Shown here: positions 57,142-64,000 of the stretch, one piece after another
Numbering within the stretch: position 1 is the stretch's first letter
Layout: each line of letters begins with the position of its first letter
Virus record (IMG/VR): IMGVR_UViG_3300050821_002136
Coordinates: 44,278 to 108,277 of that record
DNA from: a virus
Direction: 5' to 3' (one strand)
Length of the DNA stretch: 64,000 nucleotides
Made by a program: the position numbers and the translations under genes
Notes under the pieces: generated by a model
Databases searched by the model: none
What the model was told of the DNA's origin: nothing
Seen by the model: the letters and a program-made list of their open reading frames with translations, nothing else

Positions 57142-57255
57142 TGCCACCCTCAAAGTCTCAGCTTTTCACTGGGACTCAGGACCAATTACACGGCGGACCT
57201 TTTGGATGGCAAGATTGTGGTGCTGAAATTTGCGTGGGCTCTGAGTTAGCCCACG
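57142..57255 (-). ncRNA. Candidate structured intergenic RNA
   Basis: CGUGGGCU-AACUCAG-AGCCCACG hairpin plus nested UGCCAUCC/GGGUGGCA, AAGGUC/GACUUU and AUUGG/CCAGU helices. Confidence 0.45.
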
Positions 57256-57260
57256 ACTTT

Positions 57261-58142
57261 TTAGACTACGTCTAGATCGTCTTCGGTAGGAATGCTTGTT
57301 TTGGGTTGAACCTTAACAACTTCCTTAATAGGTGCGCCTGGGACTTTGGGGGCAAATTGTTCATCCCCAGTAGCCTCGTATGCCTGTGCTCTGGTTCTTA
57401 CTCCAGCAGACACCGTGCGCTTCCAATCTAGGACGCAGATTGCACCTTCTTCTGTGCGATGGAAAGCGATACCTGCCTTGACACGTTCTCCGCATGAAGG
57501 GCAATCCATGGGGCGGCTGCGCTTACCATGCCAGCTCGTCTCGATGCCGAAGTAATCAGCTGCGGTATGTGCTTCCGGCCCGAGGTTCTCAAGCAAACTC
57601 TTAGGATCAGAAGTTTCCAGCGCTTTCATCTTCTCCAACACTTTGTTGAAGTAGGTTTCCATACGTCGAACTGCTGCCTTCACCTCGTCTTCATGGGGTG
57701 GGTTGTTGATGGACCAAAAAACTCCCTTGGCTCCCAGGTTGTTGCCGATGTTGCTAGGCTTTGCAATGACTGCATCCTGATCCAGGGTTAGGTTGTCTGG
57801 ATTAATCATATCCATGACCACTCTGCGCGTGTCCATGAGGTTCGTAGACAATTCGTCAGAGTCTACGCTGCCCTGAGGAGCTAGCAACGGGCTAGGGAGC
57901 CTCGCCGCCGTCGCGTACTCTTCCCCACGCTTACGGCCCGGGATGTGTACGTTGGCAAAGAGGGGTGGACGGAACACGTCAAAAGCCTGCTCAGAGACGT
58001 TGTACAGATAAACCCAATAATCAGGCTTACGGCCGTACAGATAATCCTGCAAGCTAAAATTGAAGGACCTGTTGTTGGCCTTCGTCATGCTCTCACTAAG
58101 GTGCGCGTTGTGAGTTGGTGCTGTTGCGTTTACTTCGGGCAT
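57261..58142 (-). CDS. Hypothetical protein with C-terminal CxxC (paralog of 60635-61447)
   Basis: KGVFWSINNPP..EV.AA; H.AA.YF.....WH. Confidence 0.8.
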   Translation of the reverse strand: MPEVNATAPTHNAHLSESMTKANNRSFNFSLQDYLYGRKPDYWVYLYNVSEQAFDVFRPPLFANVHIPGRKRGEEYATAARLPSPLLAPQGSVDSDELSTNLMDTRRVVMDMINPDNLTLDQDAVIAKPSNIGNNLGAKGVFWSINNPPHEDEVKAAVRRMETYFNKVLEKMKALETSDPKSLLENLGPEAHTAADYFGIETSWHGKRSRPMDCPSCGERVKAGIAFHRTEEGAICVLDWKRTVSAGVRTRAQAYEATGDEQFAPKVPGAPIKEVVKVQPKTSIPTEDDLDVV

Positions 58143-58171
58143 TATTTATCTCCTTGAGTCGTTCTGAGTTC

Positions 58172-58432
58172 CTAGCTTCTTCCGCTAGTGTGTTTCCAAG
58201 CTTCTTCGTCATACTTGATAGGCTCTGGGTCATCTTCAGAGGAAGGTCCCAACTTTTCTACCTGCTTCGCATTCAGAGACAGTCCTGTGCGGCTGTCTAA
58301 AGGGTACATTGGAGTTTCGGTCTCTAGGTTAAGGTTGCAGTACTCTTCAGAGATCTGAATTGCTTTGATCTTACAGCGTACAGTCACCATGTTTCCGACT
58401 TCCAATAGTCTTCCATTCTTATCATGTGGCAT
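58172..58432 (-). CDS. Small SH3-like protein
   Basis: DKNGRLLEVGNMV. Confidence 0.7.
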   Translation of the reverse strand: MPHDKNGRLLEVGNMVTVRCKIKAIQISEEYCNLNLETETPMYPLDSRTGLSLNAKQVEKLGPSSEDDPEPIKYDEEAWKHTSGRS

Positions 58433-58436
58433 TGTG

Positions 58437-59204
58437 TTATTTCCTGAGCTTTCTGCGTAGGAATTGCTGAGTGAGGTTTGAGTCTTCTGCTTGTGTACTC
58501 ATGCCTTTTCCTAGAACCTGTGCATTTGCCACCATGGTGTTGATATGACGCTGCATCTGCTCCATCTTTCGGTCAATGATGCTTGTACGACATCCCTGAC
58601 GAGCGTAAGACACTGGGCCTTTGAAAGCCAGCTTAGAGTCGCGCATGACATCCTCTATCATATCGCAATCTGCTTTGTCTTCTACTTCCTTCAGGCCTTT
58701 CATCGCGGCCATGGTTTTTTCGTAGGAAATGTCTTTCGCTTCCAGGATAATGGGGACCACCGTATCAAGTACGAAAGAGTTTAAAGGCATAGCCTCTATT
58801 TTCATTTTCCCTTGAACCATGGAGCGATAGCACATGTTGTACAACATCACGTACTTTCCAGAGTACGGGTACTCTCCTAAGATTTGCAGGTTGGTCTCTT
58901 CATCCAGGTTGCCCACATAGTACGACTCAGGAGTCCCAAAGTGTATTGCTGGGTGCCATTGTAGTAAACACCAACTTGGGGTCCCTCCCCCGATTAGAAG
59001 GTCGCGGTACCCATGAAAAGAAGGTTGACCATCTACGTTCCAAGATCCGCCTGCTCTGTACAGGCCTTCAGGTTGTCCCCCTTGGCCCCACACGCACCGA
59101 AAATTAGGTTCGTCATAGATGTTCACTCCACCAATCTCTGTGAGTCGTTCTTGGAACCATGCCGGACACTCATAAAGTTCGTACGAGTCTGTTGGGTTCG
59201 GCAT
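58437..59204 (-). CDS. Hypothetical head-module protein
   Basis: 255-aa ORF in the late operon. Confidence 0.75.
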   Translation of the reverse strand: MPNPTDSYELYECPAWFQERLTEIGGVNIYDEPNFRCVWGQGGQPEGLYRAGGSWNVDGQPSFHGYRDLLIGGGTPSWCLLQWHPAIHFGTPESYYVGNLDEETNLQILGEYPYSGKYVMLYNMCYRSMVQGKMKIEAMPLNSFVLDTVVPIILEAKDISYEKTMAAMKGLKEVEDKADCDMIEDVMRDSKLAFKGPVSYARQGCRTSIIDRKMEQMQRHINTMVANAQVLGKGMSTQAEDSNLTQQFLRRKLRK

Positions 59205-59500
59205 TATTTTACCCCGTCAGCTTGGGTATCCTGCGCGGCCTTCTCAGCCTCTTCCTTCATCCTGGCACGAGCTTCTTCCAATTGGAGTTTCTTAGCCGCT
59301 ACGTAGATGTCGATCTCTTCTCTGTCTTTGAAGCCAAACTTAACTTCTAAGATGTAGTTGATCAAAAGAGCCGCTGTGTCTGCCATGCCCATAAGCTCTG
59401 AATCGTTGGCCGATAGCTTATTGATCATGCGCTGAGCTTCACGTCGTGTTAAGGGACCATCCCAATACTTAGCGTAGGGCTGATCAACGAGGCTAGACAT
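59204..59500 (-). CDS. Hypothetical protein
   Basis: GGAGG RBS. Confidence 0.7.
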   Translation of the reverse strand: MSSLVDQPYAKYWDGPLTRREAQRMINKLSANDSELMGMADTAALLINYILEVKFGFKDREEIDIYVAAKKLQLEEARARMKEEAEKAAQDTQADGVK

Positions 59501-60227
59501 TGGTCACCTCTTCCACTCGGCGTTCCACTGTGCGTACATCCTGCACACGAACAATACGTATGCCTTGCTCAGTCTTGTCGTAGTTGATCCCAAGGGATTC
59601 GCAGATTGCCTCGGCCTTCTTGTCAAAGCTGTCAGGCATTTTTTCTGAGCCGTAATCTCCGTAGATGACCTTGTCTCCAGGGTTCACTATTTCTGTCATG
59701 GGGGTTTTCACGCCGCTGACGACGACCCATTGCCCTGCCAGCAATACGATGCCAACATTGGAGTGCTGACGGTACTTGCTCGTGCTGATAAGTCCTGTCT
59801 TGGTGTTCCTAGAAGACCCGTCTTCCATTAGCTCCACATCAGGGTCGTCTGATATGACCATGACTAGTATGCGATCCATAAGAGTCTGCATAGGCATAAA
59901 TTCGGGCTCTGGAAACTTCTTAGGTGCTTCTTTTTTTACTTCTGGAGCTTTGTATTCTCTAGACAGGTAGTTCTTGCGGCTGTCTGTGATTGAAAAGCCC
60001 ACATCCAGGGTTTCCTGAAGTGCTACCGGGGTCAAGTCCGGGAGGTGCTGTCCGTCAACCCTTAGTGCCGCGTACGCGTCGTATTCGTGTTGGGATAGTC
60101 CGTACTTTTCTTCGACTTCCTCTACGGTCATATAGATGAAATCATTTTCAAATTCTGTGATGCTAGTTGCTCCACCGAACTGGGCCGAAGCCGCACCCCT
60201 AGCGAGGACATCTCCCCCGTTGTTCAT
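59493..60227 (-). CDS. GroES/Cpn10-like co-chaperonin with long N-terminal extension
   Basis: TLMDRILV..TKTGLI..GIVLLAG..VNPGDKVIYGDYG..IVRVQDV; start re-called at ATG 60227 from its RBS. Confidence 0.8.
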   Translation of the reverse strand: MNNGGDVLARGAASAQFGGATSITEFENDFIYMTVEEVEEKYGLSQHEYDAYAALRVDGQHLPDLTPVALQETLDVGFSITDSRKNYLSREYKAPEVKKEAPKKFPEPEFMPMQTLMDRILVMVISDDPDVELMEDGSSRNTKTGLISTSKYRQHSNVGIVLLAGQWVVVSGVKTPMTEIVNPGDKVIYGDYGSEKMPDSFDKKAEAICESLGINYDKTEQGIRIVRVQDVRTVERRVEEVTNV

Positions 60228-60613
60228 TGCTGAGTCTCCTGAGTAAAGAATCTTCCAGTCTTTGTATTTCTTGACGCCGATGAAGAGGCTGGTCTGGAGT
60301 TCAGTCTCTGCTCCTTCTTGGTGGCCCACCTAACATTGTTTAGCCTGTAATGGTCTGAGTTGTCCATACGGTCTAAAGAATGGTCTTTAGATGGTTTTGT
60401 TCCTATTTTTTCTACTAAAGCTTTGACGCTAGGTATGAGAAACTTTATGCCTCTTCCTCCCCAATCCTCAAATCTGGAATTGTTGGGGTTGTTGCATCTC
60501 TGCTTAGCATTATGAAAAGCTTTGTACTCCGCAGTGTGACGCAAACCATGCCTAAAATTTCCGTTAGTATCGCCAGGGTGAGAAGCATAGCTATTTCCCA
60601 CAACAAATGTCAT
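60224..60613 (-). mobile_element. HNH homing endonuclease flanked by a 21-bp direct repeat
   Basis: KQRCNNPN..WGGRGI..HSLDRMDNSDHY...NVRWAT; TCATTGCTGAGTCTCCTGAGT at 60224-60244 and 60610-60630. Confidence 0.9.
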
Positions 60614-60634
60614 TGCTGAGTCTCCTGAGTCGTT

Positions 60635-61447
60635 CTAGTTCAATACTGGGTGCCACGGGGTGGTTACTTTGAAGTAGTTGGCTGCTGCATGGTGCTCTGG
60701 GGTGATGTACTCCTTAACGTTCTCTACTTGTAAACGAGCAATTGCTGTTTCCATAGAGCACTCATACTTAACCATGTAGTCTTTTACTCTGACTGTGGAA
60801 ATGGTATTAGCCTCTTGGAGGACCGCTGCCTGCTCCAGGAGGTCTGTGTATCGCTTCTTCATGAGCGTCACTGCTGCTAGCACTTCGGATACCAAGGGAG
60901 GATTATGCAGAGAATAGAACACCCCTTTGACAGATAGGTCCCTTCCGTTACTTAGAGACTTATTGTAGAGGTTGTCGGGGCTGATCAGGTCCTTAACAAA
61001 CTTCTCACCATTCATAAAAGTTGTGGTGATGGTATATATGTCCGAGCCTTGCTGAGGCAGCTTCATGAGATTAGGAAAGCTCGTGTACAACGAGTATCTT
61101 TTCTTGGTGGTGTTGGCAGGAATTCTCACCTGTCTTAGAATTGGGTGATCTACGACATGCTCCATGCGGCTGGCGTTGTATACCCAAACACGATAAGTGG
61201 GTTGGAAATCTGGGCATAACGAATCAAAGTCTAATGTGGTTATAGGAAAGGCCATGGCCCTGCCCACAGGAGAGTTGTAGTTTGTGATCTCGGCATTTGC
61301 TACGAGGGGAGCATGAAGTGTGCGCTTCAAATCAAACGGCCCCATGCCATTCGTAGGAGGGCCAACATGATACCACATCCAAAATTCATGCCACAACGTA
61401 CGTAGGTGCGTGAAAATTTTCATCTGAGTCATCCTGAGTCTCGCCAT
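60635..61447 (-). CDS. Hypothetical protein (paralog of 57261-58142; start may be 61423)
   Basis: KGVFYSLHNPP..EVLAA; PEHHAAANYF...WH. Confidence 0.75.
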   Translation of the reverse strand: MARLRMTQMKIFTHLRTLWHEFWMWYHVGPPTNGMGPFDLKRTLHAPLVANAEITNYNSPVGRAMAFPITTLDFDSLCPDFQPTYRVWVYNASRMEHVVDHPILRQVRIPANTTKKRYSLYTSFPNLMKLPQQGSDIYTITTTFMNGEKFVKDLISPDNLYNKSLSNGRDLSVKGVFYSLHNPPLVSEVLAAVTLMKKRYTDLLEQAAVLQEANTISTVRVKDYMVKYECSMETAIARLQVENVKEYITPEHHAAANYFKVTTPWHPVLN

Positions 61448-61810
61448 CTAGGCGGATTGCTTTGTCACACATTCATCTAGCGTCTTGCCGTAAGGAACTG
61501 CCACCGGGACAATTGAGACCTTGACGTTGCTTGCTGTGAAGCTTCTGAAGAGGCTGTGTGCATCTACGGCGTCTGCATTTACAAACAGGGTGTCTCCATC
61601 TTTTATCGTCAGTGCCTTTATGTTGTTTACCTGGGAGGAAAGCTCTGCCCACATCTCAACCAGACTGCGTTGTTCCTTGTTCACGTTGCGTATGTAGATC
61701 TCTCCGTCTTCCTGGAGCTGCCTGAGAAATTGTTCCAGGACTGCCAAGTTTATGCTGCCGCCGTTCATGTCGAGGGTGTATTTCCCTGCTACTGTGTAAT
61801 CAAATGGCAT
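61448..61810 (-). CDS. Hypothetical protein
   Basis: 120 aa; overlaps the upstream gene end. Confidence 0.65.
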   Translation of the reverse strand: MPFDYTVAGKYTLDMNGGSINLAVLEQFLRQLQEDGEIYIRNVNKEQRSLVEMWAELSSQVNNIKALTIKDGDTLFVNADAVDAHSLFRSFTASNVKVSIVPVAVPYGKTLDECVTKQSA

Positions 61811-62087
61811 TGGTGCCTTCTACGTTGCGCTTCTCACGGTCCAGCTTGCGCTTTACCAGCCAAAGCAACGCTTCGTCCAGCTTGGTAATGACCATGGCAT
61901 TCTCACGGCAAGGAAATTGCTTGTTGAGTCCTTCGATCTTCTCCTTGGCCCATTCAATGACATCGTCAATCTGCCCACCGTTCACTCCGAATTCTTTAAT
62001 GGGGCCGCTCTGCGTTGTAAAGGTTACTGTGGAGGTCTCTCCGTGTACCTGAGGCCATCCTTCTTCTGCGATGTAAAAGTGATTCAT
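61800..62087 (-). CDS. tad1: Tad1-family cyclic-nucleotide sponge (anti-Thoeris/anti-CBASS)
   Basis: QSGPIKE.GVNG...DVI.....I......FPCRENAMVITKLDEALLWL.KR..DR..RNVEGT matches the recalled Tad1 signature. Confidence 0.8.
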   Translation of the reverse strand: MNHFYIAEEGWPQVHGETSTVTFTTQSGPIKEFGVNGGQIDDVIEWAKEKIEGLNKQFPCRENAMVITKLDEALLWLVKRKLDREKRNVEGTNAI

Positions 62088-62674
62088 TCTGAGTTCTCCT
62101 GAGTCTTAAGTGTGTACTTCTTTTCGTAACTTTTGAGGTACCTGAGTGCTCTCTTGGTCCAGCTGCCTTCCACCGAGGTGTTCCTTAGGTAGATCTCGGC
62201 ATAGTCGTTAGGGAAGTCCCTAAGGAGGGCTTCGAGAGGGGCTAGCCTACGATTACAAGGACCACACAGTACGCCACGATTGCATTTTCCACAGGTTCTT
62301 GGTTTTCCGTCGCAGCATGCGTGGTCGTGATCTATGTGCATCCTTCGGCCTGCATCTCCGTCTGTGCTTTCACAGATAGCACAATGCCCACCTTGCTCTT
62401 CGAGCTTTGCTGAGTACTGCTCGGGAGTCCAGTGGTACTTTCCAGTGCTAGCTGAGCGTATGACTTTCTCTCTAAACTCTGGATTCTCATCGTACGATTT
62501 CTTGAAGTTCTCTTGTTGCTTAACGGCAATCTTTGGGTTGCTGTGATAAAGCTTCTTTGCCCTGTCAGCGTTGTACTTCTTAAACGCCTCGGGGTTTTCT
62601 TTCTGTTGCTTCTTCCTCCAAGCTTTTGCTCGGATATTGCTTTCTTGCTTTTGCTGTTCTGTTAACGTCCTCAT
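62084..62674 (-). CDS. Endonuclease VII-type (His-Me finger) free-standing homing endonuclease
   Basis: QGGHCAIC...IDHDHACC....TCGKCNRGVLCGPCN; basic N-terminal helices; GAGGAG RBS at ATG 62674. Confidence 0.88.
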   Translation of the reverse strand: MRTLTEQQKQESNIRAKAWRKKQQKENPEAFKKYNADRAKKLYHSNPKIAVKQQENFKKSYDENPEFREKVIRSASTGKYHWTPEQYSAKLEEQGGHCAICESTDGDAGRRMHIDHDHACCDGKPRTCGKCNRGVLCGPCNRRLAPLEALLRDFPNDYAEIYLRNTSVEGSWTKRALRYLKSYEKKYTLKTQENSE

Positions 62675-62729
62675 TTTATCTCCTCGAAAGACAGAGTAGG
62701 GAAATGTTCGAGGCATTTCCCCACTCCTA

Positions 62730-62758
62730 AATGTACCACAGCCGTCGCCGTGACACAA
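62730..62758 (-). promoter_or_regulatory. Sigma70-type promoter with extended -10 for the EndoVII gene, followed by a 13-bp hairpin before the RBS
   Basis: TTGTGT-N17-TACATT with TGTGG; hairpin GAGTGGGGAAATG/CATTTCCCTACTC. Confidence 0.65.
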
Positions 62759-62793
62759 GACTTTAAAATACCATCTAAGTGCTTTAGAATCAA

Positions 62794-62860
62794 TTAGATA
62801 GTAGGAACCGCTGCGTTCTGGATGTACAGGCCAGCTCGCGGAGCTGCGTTCGCCAAATTG
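62794..62860 (-). CDS. Major capsid protein, exon 2 (F-NLANAAPRAGLYIQNAAVPTI*)
   Basis: Restores the frame after splicing (TT|C = Phe); NL...P.....I.N resembles capsid C-termini. Confidence 0.88.
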
Positions 62861-63054
62861 CGTGTTGTTACACTCATCAGAGTGGGTCAGTCATTTCTGC
62901 TGACCTCTCATGGTTTCGTTTCCCATGAGAGCAGACTATTGCATCACCTTTCGGTGTTCTCTCGCTTAGTCGTTCAGCGTGCTTTCGCTTCGCCCTCGTT
63001 GGCATTTCAGCGTTCGAGTCAATCAGAGAGAATTTTACTTGCTCCAATTTCTAA
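62861..63054 (-). ncRNA. Group I self-splicing intron, 194 nt, ORF-less
   Basis: P1 ACUUGCUU/GAGCAAGU with U-G at the 5' splice site; P10 AAAUUG/CAAUUU; P3 UUCUCUC/GAGAGAA; P7 GACUA/UAGUC; P8 CACC-GAAA-GGUG; P9 hairpins; terminal G. Confidence 0.92.
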
Positions 63055-64000
63055 AAGCAAGTGTTGTAGGCAAACATGTGCGAGGTCAAATAACTCGCGG
63101 TACCAGTTGTAGAACTGATGTCGGGCACGGGAGCGACCACGTTGCCTCCACCGAAGTCATACAACTCAAGGGGGCTCAATTCCCCGATGTACCAGTTATC
63201 GAGCACAAGCAAATCCATTCGGTTATTGATTGCCGTCCAAGATTTGTGATATTTTCTCCCGCCGAATGTGTCGGAAAAATATTTCTTGGCCATGTCCATG
63301 GTCTTGTCGCCCTTCAACTCCTGAGCGTTCACGATCTGGACATTGTACTGGAGGTTCGACTGAGCGAAAGCCTGCTCAGGGGGACCGTACCAGATCCCGG
63401 ACTTGATGCTGTCTGCATCAGGACCGAGCGCACGGCCGAGCAGAACCTCTGCACGCTGTGCGATGCCCGGGGTGATGGCCGCGCCAGCCAAGTTAATGGT
63501 CGGAGTAGACAAGCGTCCAGGGTACGTTGCGCGGTTCAATCCCGCGATGGTGCCGGAGTTCGAGTTCACATCCCAAGCCTTGATACCAAGGATGGATGCG
63601 CCCGTTCCGTAGGTTGCGCCAGCGACCACGATGTAGTCAGTGATGACCACGTCGGTAGGCAACGAGGTGCTGAAGAACAGAGTGTTGCTAGGACCATCAA
63701 CATACGAGATGGTGGCCGAAGATGTGCCACCAACGCGCTTCACGCCGCCCGTGCTGAAAAACGAAACGACTTGCTGATCCGAGAACGCCACTGCAACGTT
63801 CATACCCACGATGCTTGCGACCTGTGCGCCGGTTCCACCTGTTAGGGTGACCACAGCGGTAGCAGGAATCTGGTCGATCATGCCAGAGCCGTCAGAGTTG
63901 ATGAGCCCTTCGATGCCCTGCATTGCGGCGTCGAGAGAGTTCTTCATTTCCTGAGCTTTGACTGCGAACAGCCCCTTCTGCTTGCTGTCGGTGGAAGCCT
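63055..64000 (-). CDS. Major capsid protein, exon 1 (5'-truncated by the window)
   Basis: Frame open to the window edge; GI..W......GT.AGLNR.TYP motif; first gene of the structural arm in this window. Confidence 0.8.

Noticed and set aside
57142-57211. Calling this element a canonical twister ribozyme
   Set aside because: The cleavage loop reads UCCAA rather than UAA, and the GAGGG strand can pair in the outer stem; kept only as an unclassified structured RNA
59493-60329. ORF-track start at 60329 for the GroES-like gene
   Set aside because: It overlaps the HNH gene; the duplicated RBS points to ATG 60227
62775-62797. IHF-like site TAAGTGCTTTAGAATCAATTAG after the capsid stop
   Set aside because: Only a partial consensus match in a single copy; too weak to call
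63051-63053. TAG in the capsid gene as stop-codon reassignment or readthrough
   Set aside because: Readthrough meets TAA five codons later, exon 2 is in a different frame, many genes end normally in TAG, and a group I intron explains the break
62822-63845. + strand ORFs 62822-63112 and 62979-63845
   Set aside because: Antisense shadows of the intron and capsid gene, with no RBS or recognisable motifs
1-64000. CRISPR array, tRNA/rRNA genes, integrase or IS elements
   Set aside because: No regularly spaced repeats, cloverleaf/T-loop signatures or recombinase/transposase motifs seen by eye; a tRNAscan run would be needed to be sure

Overview
A 64-kb segment of a tailed dsDNA bacteriophage genome, probably podovirus-like. 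The host is tentatively Acidobacteriota, based on a recalled match of its stand-alone ClpB-D2-like ATPase. Two arms converge on a bidirectional terminator at ~18.1 kb. The + strand (1-18090) carries early/replication genes: T7-type primase-helicase, RecA, an OB-fold RNA ligase, an HD hydrolase, a lysozyme, a Clp-type AAA+ ATPase, several exported proteins and HNH/EndoVII endonucleases. The - strand (64000-18166) carries the late/virion module: major capsid protein, a GroES-like co-chaperonin, tail tubular proteins, ejection proteins including a 1850-aa polyvalent protein, many fibre/decoration proteins, a dNMP kinase, a phosphoesterase and a serine protease. Highlights: (1) the capsid gene is split by a 194-nt ORF-less group I intron missed by the ORF track, followed by a free-standing EndoVII homing endonuclease with its own promoter; (2) a signal-peptide-less DUF3494 ice-binding domain fused to a putative virion-anchoring domain sits next to three glycosyltransferases and an epimerase inside the structural module, suggesting an ice-binding, glycosylated virion surface; (3) a Tad1-family anti-Thoeris/CBASS sponge; (4) a recurrent ACTCAG motif over late-gene ribosome-binding sites and a structured intergenic RNA. 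All family assignments come from motif recognition by eye; no searches were run.
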